From the NCBI RefSeq assembly GCF_000002075.1, contig NW_004797392.1, positions 829,936-893,935 of the forward strand: 64,000 bases of DNA. The letters are read 5' to 3'. This stretch comes from Aplysia californica. Its lineage: Eukaryota. The notes under the pieces were generated by a model. The model made no database searches, was not told where the DNA came from, and saw nothing but the letters and a program-made list of their open reading frames with translations. Positions within the stretch are counted from its first letter, which is position 1. Every line of letters begins with the position of its first letter. Below are positions 12,801 through 27,200 of the stretch, piece by piece. The position numbers and the translations under genes are program-made.

Positions 12801-15800
12801 GAATTAAATGAACCCAATCGTTAACCCTTTGACTTTACTGTTGTTACAGATAACCAGCCACCCAGTGCTCTGTAAAAGTATCCTGTATGGCGGCTAAAAC
12901 CCATGTTTTATGGCTTGTTCTATGCACATCTTGTCAACGGATGAATTCATTCTTCATTTCTCTGTCTAGTGATATAAGTTTTACTGATCTGTCTCTACTT
13001 ACAAGCAACTAAACATCAATTAAAGATTGGGACATGTCTCTCTTGTGCACAATATAACTTTCCATAGCATGTGGGGTGCATATACGGTTAGTAGTCAAGG
13101 AGTTCACCACAGATATATACCTGGTCTTTCTCTTTCTGGAGCAACATCATTTGTTCCTGGACCTCTCTGTTCCCTTTCTTCATGCTGTCCATCACCCACT
13201 CCAAAATACCCTGCAAGAGTCACAAGATCATGATTGCATCACTTGTGGGTAAGTGAAAAGCAATGGGTCTGATGAATATTTATCTATACTTACCCAGTAT
13301 ACATATCAACTGCTCATTGTAAAACTTTTCAAAATGGCATATAATGGACTCTTACACTAAGTATTCTATGTATTTATTCATCAATATACAGTATAACACG
13401 GATAGGTCGAACACAGAAGACTTGAAATCACGCATCCGTCGAACTGTGCTTGCAGTCCCCTTTTTTCTTCTTCTTGTTCTTTGTAAGATATCCTTCAAAC
13501 TACGGATCCCTCGAACTACTAAGGCCGGTCCTGACGAATTCGACCTATCAGTGTTATCTGTACATATCTATGACATTCGTATGTCTGCATTATATAGGCC
13601 TACATGAATGCCCTTGTGTGCTAATGCTTCATGTATTTTGATGCCATTGTAAGCTGTTAGTGTGCCTTTCAAATGCATTGTAAATTGTGGCAATGCACTA
13701 TGTAAATGCCAAGTATTTTTATGATTATTTCATGCTAGCAAAAACATACATCACCAAAGATTGTCATAATTTACTAGTACAAGCAGAATCAGAGTCTCCA
13801 GCTCTCTCCTGTGACAACTCATTAAGATAATAAAATTTATAAATAGAAAATGAACAACGTCCACTGATAAGAAAGAACCAAGACTCACACCTAGATATTA
13901 TTTAATAAGCTTATGTACCTTGCTTAGAGGCTTACATTGTCTACTCAGGCTTTTAGAGTTAAGAAAATATCTTCCATCCATCCCGAGTGAGCCGGCACAA
14001 ATCAGGATTTCCGCACTGAGTCATAATGAGTTATGAGCCATTTTGAGAATAGAATGCCAGGGCCATTTTGTACCTTTGGTATCTATTCCAAAATTTATTT
14101 ATATAGCTTCACTCAAAGTAGGTTGTAATTTGCTTACATAAGATTACATCTATCATCATCATCATTCCCTTTCTCACCCTGGATCAGGGTATAGGCAATG
14201 AACAAACACTTTCCACCTTTCCCTATCATGAGCTAGCCTCTTGATGTTATTCCATGTCTTCCCATTTTGCTGTACATCAATTTCTGTGACTCTTTTCCGG
14301 ATTCCACGCGGCCTTTAAGAACTTTTACCCTGTGGATTCCAATCCAACACTTTCTTTGTTATTCAGCTGCCTGACTTCCAGAGAGTCTGTCCAATTTATC
14401 AACACTGCCTTTCTTCCCACCTCATTTTAGCAAGTAAGAAATGATTCTGGGGTTTGAAAGCATTATACAGATTTTTGAAGATTCACACAAAAGGACACAT
14501 GACAACATCAGAGCTATTACCTTATTTGCCAGGTTAATTTTTCTTTCATCTTCGAATTTCGCTGACTGTTTTTCTTTCTCAGCCCAAGTCTGCTTCTTTG
14601 CAATTTCTAAATCTTGGATCAGAGCCTGTAAATATAACACAAAACATAATATAATGAAACGAAAAGAAATCCTCAAACAGTTTCGTTCCAACAAATTAAC
14701 AAAATGAAAAGAAAGAATAAATGTTACAATATACTAAGAAGTAAACTGTTAAGTAAGCCTTCAAAGTTTGGGCTTAAATACAGACAAGATGTTTCTGAAA
14801 TAATCTTGCAATAAAAAACCCCACCTAAATAAGCACTGACATTGACAACACATCATACCTCCATTTTTGCAACATCATCCCTTTCAGGCTGTGCAGCAGC
14901 TGCTATTTTATCCCTCAATCGCGCAATGTCCTGTCTCATCTCAGAAATCACATCTTGTGTGTCATCCTGGACGTGAGGTAAGGAGAAATTATTGAGGCAA
15001 ATATAACAGAATCTGACTGTTTTGTTTGAGTAAAGAGAAGCACACTGACACTATAATAGTCATTTAGTGCATGATAAAAGTAAGACAGACAGACAGACAG
15101 AACAACAGAAAGAATGTGAAGAAGAAGGACCTACCAGTGGCGTCCTCCAACCACCCGCTTGAACCTGATTGAACAACCACCTGTCCAGGACAATCACCTG
15201 TACAAATGACCACTTCCTCTTTCCCCCTTGATTTTTTTCTATATATTGTAATGACACCGTTAAACAGGACCACGTGTCTAAGATGACCACTTTTCCCCTA
15301 AAAATGGATGGCTGTCTTGGACAGGCATGACTGAACTAAAACAAGTACAAGACTTGTAACAGTCTCTTGCTTTAAACAATGTGCAACTTGTTGGATCAGC
15401 TAAGTCAGGATTTCCCTCCAGTGAACTTTCACATCTGTTTTTAAAAAATCATCAAGAAGCTCATGAACAAGTGCTGGCACATGAAGATTTCTCTAGTTTG
15501 AAAATTCTCAACCAAAAGAAAATAAATGAAGAAATTATAGGTCTCATTGTAAAGGTGAGTCTAGTTAGTATATTCCAACTCATTTTTCTGTGCAATAAAC
15601 ACTTTGATGAAACAGAAATGGATCCATCTAACAACACAAATGGAGAACCTTTGTGAACTCAAGCCATAAATGTTTGTCCTTCTTGAAATTGCTGTGCATA
15701 TTGTATTCATTTTTATTGTATTGTTAAGTGTGTATCCTTTTTTTTGTTTCAGTAAGAGTATTATGGCACTTGCAACACAATCAGGTCACATAACTTCATA

Positions 15801-18800
15801 TGTGCCAAAGATTAGAGGTGAAACCAGAGAGTAACAAACACAAAAAAGAAGGAGGGGAGATACGGATGATAGACGTATGATAAGAAGGAAGGATCATACC
15901 ACACCTGAGCACCTGTCAACCACCCACCTGTTTTTCTTTTTAAGAATCCAACAAAAAATTAGCTATCATAAATATAACCCCACAAAAGTTATTCGAAAGT
16001 AAACAATATTCAGTTCTGCAAATGACTGTTCAAAATATATAACTCTACTTGTAATGGTAGTGAAAAATTGTATCGATGAAAGAGAGAAGGTGGTCAGAAC
16101 CATTTTGCATAGCATGAATAATGCCAAGAATATGCTTCATTCAGAAGTTAACTAAAACTCAAATTGAACGAGTACTGCAGCCAAAGTAAGCTTCTCTAAA
16201 GGTAGAAATCCTGCTATTTTATTTTATGTAAGATCATAACAAGATACAAAGAAAACAAAAGCACCATAAGCTGACACAAACAGTAGATTTTGAACAAAAC
16301 TGCCATTATTGCACTAAGAGCTGGCAGAATTGACTCATATACAGGCACAGACTCACGTAATGATTTAAAAAATCAATGCGCATATATTACCAGATTTAAC
16401 TGTACTGTATTCTTGATGTTTTTAGCAAAACTGCAGTACTGAAGACAAGTAAGTGTGTCTTGGTAGCTTTTGTCTGCAACAAAAATTAATAAGCAAAAGT
16501 CAGAAACAACTTCAGAAACAAAACCACTACTACATTATAATGATGTCTGCCGTAGATTATTTCTTGAAATCAGAAAGCCACTACTTATCAATTGTAAGTA
16601 CAAGTTATATACTACAATACAAAGAATAATAATTCTATCTGATTTGATCCACAGCGCCATATATATATTATTTCTTGAAATCTGAAAGCCACTACTAATA
16701 AATTGTAAGTACAAGTAATATAGAATCTACTATAATTATAATACAAAGAATAATAATTCTATCTGAATTGATCCACAGCACCGTAGATTATTTCTTGAAA
16801 TCTGAAAGCCACAACTAATAAATTGTAAGTACAAGTAATATAGAATCTGCTAGAATACAAAGATTAATAATTCTATCTGAATTGATCCACAGCGCGGTAG
16901 ATTATTTCTTGAAATCTGAAAGCCACTACTAATAAATTGTAATTACAAGAAATATACTACAATACAAAGAAAAATAATTCTATCTGAATTGATCCATATA
17001 AACACTAGGCACTCCAATAACTCAGTTGTTATCATGACGAACTGGGGAGCAGATGGCCTTAGTTTGAATCCCAGACTGGGCGTTCTTGAACTCGAGTTGT
17101 TCTGTGGAGTTTTCATTAATCTCAACCCATTTGGCTCTCTCTTATTGGGGACATATATTAAATTTTGAAGTCCCACCTAACAGTATTGATAAGGGCATTT
17201 AGCCCATACACTTACTTACTGAAACTTCTGAACATGGGTTACAATGCTATCTCCCTCTATCATATAGCATCAGTTCTCTTCCCTTACTGCTACCCTTCAA
17301 TTTTCTACTTGCAATGTTTTAAATTAGGTCTTCTGAAAATATGCACGTATATAGAATGCAATACATAAAAATAAGTAAGAATCATAAATAATTTAAATAA
17401 AGAAACAATAGTCAGCAGTAGATACTATTCTATTGGAGCATTCAAAGACTTACTCCACAGACCTGATGTTTCATAAAGCTGTGCAAAAATATTTTAATCT
17501 ACAAACTTTCCAGACCTACAGACATGCAGACAGTAGTGATAAAAAACCATATGTCTAATTTCATTGCCAGTTTAATTTACACCAACAAGAGCTCAAATTT
17601 TATTTTACTGTCATCACTTTGCGAAATTCACAAGAGCTTTTCATAATTAATTATACCGAAATGATTAACAGTGTCAAATTTCAGAATCAAAGTATGTTGA
17701 GGTTGCAAGCACAAAACAGTCTAATTTTCAGTTCAAATTCAATAAGTTATGGATAAACAGCAACGATTTATTTATTAAGCTTAGCTCTGAGTTCTAAATG
17801 ATCCAAATTGTGTCAAAGGGAACACAGAACATCTACAAGTACATTAAACTCAGTCTGTGGATTTCACACAAGAAATTTACCTAGGGGAGAAAGCGCAGCA
17901 ATAATCAGCGTGGCAGAGTTTCCTCCCAGGGAATCCTGTAAAACAGAGACATTTTTACTAAAATTATTACGGAGTTGAATGCTCTTTCTTGGTAAACGTA
18001 CAGTGAAGTCCACTAAAACCAAAATCTGTTTAGATGGTTTTTGGTTTAGGAAGGTTGCTTGAAAAGAAGTTAAAACCTCAGGAGAATTTTTTTTCTTTCA
18101 GTTTACTTCTGTCTTCACATAAACCATGTGTGAAGTGTGCTGACAAAATGAGTTACTTCTCAGATTCAAGCCTCAAGGAAATAGACACATCACGCTTATA
18201 GGTGAAGTTTTTACAGTTTTTAAGTATGAAATAATAAAAGTCAGGTTATAGTTAAAGAACATGGCATCAATTGAAAACCTACAAGTTTGGCTAATGTCGA
18301 TTTTTGGCCAATATCTCCATTTGTGGATTGCGAGAAGTAACTCATTTTGTCAGCACGCTTCACATGTTTGGTTTAAAAGCGGCCTCTTCTATATTATTGT
18401 TTTCGTTCCTCTTCGTTACCTCCAGTCTTTCAAATCTTGTATCATCAATACTAACAGGCATGTCTGAACCTTAACACAATGCCAATACCTGTTTTATGAA
18501 AATACAAAGAAGATGGTACTGGCACAACAGGTGTTAATCAAACCACACTTATGTCTCCGTTCTCTTATCAGGATCTTTCAATTGGTTTAATCGAAAACAG
18601 AAGTAAAAATCTAATATCAAATTATATTGGATCTTTCAATTGGTTTAATCGAAAACAGAAGTAAAAATCTAATATCAAATTATATTTCTATTCCTTCTTC
18701 TTCTGATCTCCTTCAGTGGACACCATGATCACGGTCTTGTCAACCTACAGAATAATGAATTGTTCATACACTGACATAAAATTTGTCTTTTTAGAATCCT

Positions 18801-21240
18801 TTGCTTTTAATATAAAATATTCACACAAGTTCCAACAGCTGAATTGACCTGAAAAGGTCTGATTTTTAAAAACTCTCAACACATACATAACAGATAAAGA
18901 TATGTTTGAACTGTCTTAAATAATTGAAAACATGTAAAAACTAAGACTGTGATCAAACATTCCTACAACTAACATACCTGTAGCACCCTCGACACTTTGG
19001 AGTCTCGGTAAGGGATGTGTCCACCTTTTCTTTTTCCATCTCCAAGGGCACTGATAATGTTCAGAACTCCTCTGGCTCTGAATGACAGAGTAAAAACAAT
19101 TTTTTTTTTACTTCTATGGGCACACGTTGGCTTAAACATGATAAAATACATAGATTTACATCAACGAGATTCTACAAACTAGCCAGACTACAAACACTTT
19201 TCTCATTCACATTAAATAAACACCCCAGGCCTCAACAGCAATAGCTTCGAAATTCTTCCCCAGTTCTGCTGTTCCTTTAAGAGTTAGTATATGTATATTC
19301 TGGAAAAAATGACAGAGTCATCTCAGTTTCAGAATGAAACGATAAATGAAGCAGTTCCATTCATTATATTCTTCTCCTCATTGTCTAATACTATCATGAT
19401 CTGCACAACTGACTGGAAGTCAACTTTTCTTAACTAAAGGAAAAGATAAAGGTTAGAGCTTACCCAGCATTGATATTTGGATCTGCGCTGCTCTGGGCTT
19501 CACAACCTAAAAATAATTAAAAACCAAGAAAAATTCTTAAGATATAATCAGTACCTTTTTTGAAACAAACAACAACAACAACAACTGTATTTGTAAACCG
19601 ATAGTCATGATGTTCACACTTGAATAGGTTATTTCTGTATAATAATCCTCTGATCCCACCGCATCAAAGTGCATCAGAATCTACAAAGAGTGATGCTATG
19701 TGAGCAGGAAAATCGGGATCTGAGTACAACATTATCTAAACATTCAGATATTTTAAAAAAGTAGGATCCTAGGCAAACCAAAAAGACAGGCCAAGTGGTT
19801 GTATGTAAGATGTAAACCACAGTTGTCTTTGAATTTCAGTAAACTAAAACCAGATGAAAAAAGCTTTAAAAGTTGTTAGGTGTCAATTTTGACTGTATGT
19901 GTAGAATTACCTGCTAAATCTGCCAAAAGAATTGTTGACCTAAGGCCAACTTTACTTGACTGTCTTTCCTTCTGTTCAACGCAAACGATGAAAATAGCAT
20001 TTGCCCTGCAAAAGATGTAATTTGGAATAATTAAATCAATTTTTCATACTAAATTTCTCTTCAGCATTTAGATAGTCTATCACTCAAAATATAAAAAGTA
20101 CTCTTTATCCAATAAAGCTTCAATCACCAAAGGATAACATTTCCAGTGTGATTATAAAGTTTGCACATAATTCCAGATATAGATCAATCTACATTAGGTA
20201 GATTCTTTTATGGACTCTGAAAATAAAACCTTACAACAGTTCTCTTTCCCAATACTTCCTCGTCACTGCGGCAGGATATGTAATAATACAGAAACTGTAC
20301 CAATGTGTACATACCGGGAAGCAAATAAACCCTGTAATAAGAGTCACAGTCCAGGAGAGGAGTAGTCCAGATACAAACACCCAGCAAACACCCATACAGG
20401 GCGTGTCAGCCTGGTATACTCTAATTAATTACTTGGAAAATTTACAAAACTGTTGTAACTGGGGCACTTGATAAAAATCTATCTCGAAAGTGTCCATTTC
20501 CTTTCTTAGGCCTTTTCTGGATTTGCTTCAAAGGTTTTATAATATTAAAGTGGTTTTGATTGTGCTGTCAAAAAGAGAGACCAAATTAAGACGAAGGAAA
20601 GTAGAAAAAAAACCCAGTCTGCATTTAACTTTGGTCTGAAAAACAAGACATACCTGAACTGGTTTTGAATAAACTAATGTTTGAAGAATCAGAGACATTT
20701 AAAACACTCTGTTTATGAAATCACTAAGAGAAAAAAATTACATAATTGTGAACAATAATACAGCCTTGTTCCCATAACTAATTCAGAAAGAACAAAATCT
20801 TGCTTACTCCAACAGAATACTAAAACCTTCTATCACAAGTCACTTTCAATAACTAAAATCTCACATAAACAGAAATCAAGGTAGCCTCGTAGAACATTTA
20901 AATATCCTGACCATAGCAATTTATTTTGTAAAAGACATTTCTTTCCATAATTTCTGAATAGCAGTAAAAATGAATTTCCAAACATTTTGAAAAGTAAGCA
21001 TTCCAGAGACACCAGGAAATGTAAAGAAATGTCAACACTTGAACAGCAACATTTTGAAAGCCCACAAACCGTGCTGCATGAGTCTTGATATCTGATGATC
21101 CAAGTTTCCTGGCTCTAGTTCCTTGATCATACAAGAGTGCAATGTCATCACCAGTGTGAACAACCAACTCTGAGAGACCATCGATGAAACTGGAAAAATA
21201 CATTCAGAGAAGAAGTCAAACACACACATACACACGCATG

Positions 21241-21278
<38 letters not shown>

Positions 21279-24200
21279 AAACAAACCAACAAAACACAAA
21301 ACATTTCAGAGTCACAATATTTATACAAATTCTGAATCTTTTACCATCAGCAAATATTATTTTGTATACATATAAGACTAAAAAGAGAAGGATTCTTTCA
21401 GCTAAGAACATAGAAAAGAATTTCATATAATCAAAATCAATATCACTGATTTGTTTACCATTAAAATTAATATTATCAGTTTGTATGTCATGAAAATTGA
21501 TACTATTGAAGTTATTCAGCAGCTGACAGTGGTAGCATAGGTGCACAAGAAAAATATATCTGTAAAACTCACATTCCCTTGTGTGGATGTTGACGAATTT
21601 TCATGCTTCTAGTATGGGGGTTGAGAAGGTCAGTCATATTCTCATCCAGTATCTTTAGACAAAAAAAGCAATTATCCATTATTTATCAGTTTTCCAGAAC
21701 GAAAAACATGAAAAAGGTGAAATAAGATGAAAGGCTAAAATCTTGAAACAATAAATTATTCATGCCTGATAAAATATTGCACTGCAAATGCAACAGGAAT
21801 ATATTAACTCACCCAGCCCTAAAGCCGATAATGTCGATATACGCGAGCAACACTCCAACCCTAACGCCGACAGTATCGGTATGGAAAATTTCGCTCTCAT
21901 GACCAAAAACAATACTTTTGTGTGAAGCAGACTATAGCCTAATTGGAAGAGTATCCATTTTTTGTTTGAAACAGACTATGACCTGAAGTGAAAGCCAAAA
22001 TTAAGAACAACGAAAGTTATATTCGAGAACCATGTGAGGGAGTGCGAAATTTGAACGCACTTTCTGTCTTTGCTTTTTGCTTACTTTTTTACTCAGTACA
22101 GAACCTTTTTTCACGGAATATTGCATAAAAATTATGATATATTTAGCCTTCAAATTTTCACTGCACATAAAGGTTTGAATAAAATGAAATGTGTACCAAA
22201 TTTGGGTAGGATATGTTAAAATTTAGTATTTTTTTCAATTTTTCAAAAAGTGGTAAAAATCTCTAGGGAGAGCTGACAATTAACCCGGAAGTGTAAGCCT
22301 AGGGTTGAGTGAGTTAAGGTGTGAAACATAAATTTTGTAAGACAATTTTCAGATGTCCTTCTAAATAAGTGTTTACTCAGTAAGTGTCGATATGAATGCA
22401 ATCTTAAACTCATCAACTGACTTGCTCGTTATGAACTATTTTTTTTGGTGCTTTCAGTGTAGAAGAAAAACCTAAATGGCAGGCAATACAAAACAGTCTT
22501 CCCCTGAAAAAAAAAAGTTTTTTTAAAGTCCAAATGAGCATGTATATTTGCAGTCTATTAAGGGTAACCCGTCAGTTTTGCTTCTCACAGCGTAGTATTC
22601 TTTTTTTTAGCAGGCCTGGTCCTTATAGTAAAAAGCTTTACAATTGGTAGAGTGTCCTAAATTATCACAAAAAGTCATATAATCTCAAGTTTTTTTTTTC
22701 CATTCACAAAGACAAAAGGTGAAGAATCTTTATTGTCCTCCTAAGATCAGGGAAGTGAAGAGCTTGAGTAAAGTTTAAAGTTGTCCACTGTACCAGCAAG
22801 GCCCAGAAACAAAACCAGGGGCTCTGCCATGAGAGGTGAGCTACTTTAACCTCATGGAATTTTGAAGTGGACCATGAGAAGAACATACCTCAACATGTGA
22901 AACTGTGACCATGAACTCCTTGTTGCTCCTTTCCTGGATGTGCCGAAACAAATTCTGAGTCATCTGAAACAACAACCATAAACAACTCAGCTTTCGAATT
23001 CAGAACATACTGTACTGAGGTTGTCCCACCTTCTCCTTGAGGTCCAGCAGGTAATAGTAAGTGGAGTGTACAAGGAAATTTATCCCTATCCGTGCGCCCT
23101 GGGGTAATTTTGTACCCCTGGGGTTGTATTCTTCACATTTTAGAATACTTCTAGTGCAAAGATCTCTTTGAAACTTTCAGCATTTCTCAAAAAATCATTT
23201 TGACAGACTGTTGTGCAAAGCGTATGGGTCGGACTAGCGAGTAAGATTCCTCTTTGGAAAGTGGTGGCACAGAGTTCCCCACGTCGTATGGATACGATAT
23301 TCAAACACGACGTACGGATAGGGTTAACACACAACCAGGAATCTTCGGAATCAAAGAATTTTTACATGCAAATGTTTTAAGACCCCATCAAAGAATTTTT
23401 ACATGCAAATGTTTTAAGACCCCATCAATGCAATTCAGATCATTAAGGAGGCAGGCTGCTTTGACCCTGTCTGTTAGGGCCAAACCTTGTTGAGAGGGAC
23501 ACAATATCCCTGCATTCAAACAGATATGTGTCAAAATGCAGTGGAATCAGGCGCTCATCAATTTTTAGGCATGTGGAGTTACTGGTACCATCTTAAAGCT
23601 TGTTCACTTGTCTTGCCTTCAACAAAAATACCCATCTTTCTTAAATAGAAGTCGAGATATTTGTGATTGGAGATGGGAGCCGCCTCGTTTATGGGTAAAA
23701 TTAGCTAGATAATGGCCACCAAAATTTGAAGACTTACAAAGCTTGGGAGTCCTTGGAAACTGAAAATTTACATTTATTGGCCTTAAATCAACTGTTTTCA
23801 GTAAAATCCACACAGTAATGAGTTTCTAAATGGACATAAAAGGTGCTGAGTCAAAAAATAAAAGATAGATAAAACTTACGAAATGGGAAGAAAAATGCCG
23901 TTTTCTTTTATTTCATTATTTTAACGAGCGCCTCATGTTCCCATGATGCCTCACATATACATGTTCTTGACAAAAATTTTCCCCATTGGAAATTAACCAT
24001 TACACCACAGTTGTTGCACGAATCTTTGGTAAACATTCAAGAAGAGTAAGCAGGCGAAGAGACATATTACTTCCAAAAGATCACTGCAGTCACAGGGTTT
24101 CTTTGCAAATAAAGAAATACCTTTGCCCTCTCCCTTTTTTAAAACTTCAGTACATATCTATGACTTACCAGTGGAATGACACCTGGGTCTGCTTCTGATC

Positions 24201-27200
24201 CAGTCATGATGTGACTTTTCCCTCCACCAGTCTGTGAAGAACACCAAACTCATGAATAATCATTGAGACTAAATCAATTAATACATATCATTATTCATGA
24301 AAATTAAAGACTGAAATTTCATTTGTTTCCCTATTTTCATCTAAATCTGTCTTTTAAAAAGTAAAAAATAAATAAAGTAATAATAATTATTGCATTTATA
24401 AAGCGCATATCCATGCTGTAGAGAATAAACGCGTTTTACAACAATTATTACCCCAGCAGACCATCTTGAAAACATTCTCGGCTTCCGCGGAAGCATACAG
24501 TGCAAGCTGCAGATTTCTCGTACTCATACATTATCAAACTGATAAGATCGTTCACTTTCTATAGCCAGGTACTCATTTCCACCGGAATGAAGTGAGGAAA
24601 ATTCGTGCAAAGTGCCTTTCCCAAGGAAACCTAGGCCACCGATGCTACAATTGTATAAGGTCACAGTAAATGCTTTAACAAACAAACAAAAATGTGTTAG
24701 CTGAAAAGCTCACATGCAAGTAATTACATAGAGATAATGTTAGAAATAATGAAAACTGCATCATGATAATGTCTGTGCCACTCCAGACTCTTGCCAGCCA
24801 TTCACATTGACCTGGCTCCATACTAAGCTAAGCCAGGGACCCATAGATTCCGTATACGATACTAGATTGATTCATAAATGTCTATGCCAAATTTCAGCTT
24901 TTAGAAATGAAACACGCAGAATCTACAGCATTTTTTAGCTGAAAATCAAAGAAATGAAAAACAAAGGCAAAAAACAGGGGGAAAAAATCACCTAAAGCAA
25001 AAATTAAATTTTTTATAATCATCGAAAATTTGCAAATAGTTTGACGTTATCAAAGGAAAAGGGCCTTGAGCCACTAAAATTGTTTTTAAAAAATTCAATT
25101 TAATTTAGATAGTCTTATTCAATAACTTTCTGATTTAATATCAGGGAACAAGCAAGCTCTACTGTATTAATCATAAGGGCTCAACTTGATTTCCCTTTTT
25201 TTAAAAAGTTCTTACCGCTCCAAAGGCAAGAATAGAAACATTGTTGCCATCAAGAGCCTTTTGAAGAAGTGGTGTCACAGCTTGTTCGTAGACATGTCTC
25301 TGTGAAAAGAAATTTATGTCATAAAAGCATGTGAGTTTTCCACATTCTCTGACGATAAAACTTTATAAACATTTATAACACACACAAGCTGCCCACGTGA
25401 AGTTCTGCTATTTTTCTTAAATCTCATGAAAAACAATCTTGCCGGTTAATAATACAATGACTTGTTGTAACACACATGGATACCTACTTTGGACTTTAAA
25501 AATAATTGCTAAAAAGATCACTTTAAAAACCTAAAAAATCCACAAGTTTGCCCATGATCACTTATTTCTCTCATCTTTGTAGTGAGATAATGTAATTTAG
25601 AACTGTGTTAATCCTTCATTGAAAGATCTGACACATCTGTGATTCTGATATGACATTGCTAGTGCAGTTCTGTGAGTTCACCTTGCATGCTTTGTACATG
25701 GACAAGTCTTGAACAAGTTTTGCATCTGTTAAAAATACCATCATTCAAGATGCTAGAAACAGAGCATACAAAAATTTGTACAACCCAGTCTGTCTGCCAT
25801 TATCTCTCGAAAAAACTTTCAGTATTTACGCCCTATGCTCAAAAAAGACCATCAGAGACAGAGAAATTGACCAAATGCCCAAGCTGCTTCTTTCCAAAAC
25901 AATGCAAACCTTGTACAAAATTTCAATCCTCTCAATACATTTTTTAAAAAGACTAAGAAAGGCAGAGACAAAGGGAGTGACTTGCTGCCTAATATCTACC
26001 ATACATAGGATGAGTCTAAGGGAAAAGGGAGACATTAAAAAGTAGTCCAATTCCACCATTTAAGTAGATTTAAACAAAATAACGGGGTCACTTAAGCAGG
26101 TGGTCCTTAATTTCATCATTTGCAAATCTATGCAATTGATGCTATTTTATCATCTGGTGAAAGGTTTTAAATGCCTTGGAAGATAATACATTACATAATA
26201 TGTTTACTCACGTTACTTTTTTCTGGCCCAAAGACGCCATCAAATGAAAACGAGGATTCCTGTTGAAATAATAAATAACTTGAAAATATCTAATATAATA
26301 TTCTCATTCAAATCAAATAAATCAATGGGATTTTTGTTAAAGACACCCATAATATGTCTGTAAGTCTCTAAAATGACAAACTTCTGAAAGAACTTTGCAA
26401 AACTTCAAGATGATGTTTCACGTGTAACAAAAATTATTAGGCTTTGATTTAACACCCTTCTTTTAAAAAGTTTTGTTATTTCCTTCAGGTACTTCAAAGA
26501 CAATTTGAACATTCACAAACACACACACACACTATATGCATACGCACACATATATGCACACATGGTTATGAATATATTTTCCCGGTTGATTACTATGCCA
26601 ATTACTACTAATTCACAGAAATTGCGCATAGGAATGAATGTAAAAATGACAAAGAGATTGAAAGAGAGCTAAATGATCTTCGAGAGGTAGGCAAAGCCCA
26701 TGGAAGTGAATTATCTCATTTTTTTGTCCCCAAAAAGGATCATCATTTCAGAGAGGAACTTTCTGTGTACAGCATTTTACCAACCATGCAGAAAGCATGG
26801 TCATTGCGCTCTTCAAGTAGCCACATCCTATTTCCAAAGTTATTCTTGAGACCCAATGCTTTTTTTGTTAATGCTTGAATCAATCTAAGCAAGCACATAT
26901 ATCTCACAGGGGATAGTCATTAATTATATTCTCTAAAGAAGGCGAAGTTTCTCCCAGCCAACTTCATATTCCTTGATACCTTAAAAAAGACCCTTGGGAT
27001 GTCTTGGTAGATCACTTTGTGTTGTGCACACACAAGTTCTCAAAAGGGCAAATGCCGAGAGCCTGTATTCTAAGCTTAAATTTAAAGGATTCAGCTTTGC
27101 TGGGCTGGGTAAGAATGCCTGATTTCAGAATCTCAAAGGTAGTATTCTATTCTGAACTGTCCTCAGGGAAGCATATAAGGTTGGCACACCAAAACAAAAT

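Noticed and set aside
16551-16997. CRISPR-like array
   Set aside because: Eukaryotic context; the whole unit is repeated with no unique spacers and there are no cas genes.
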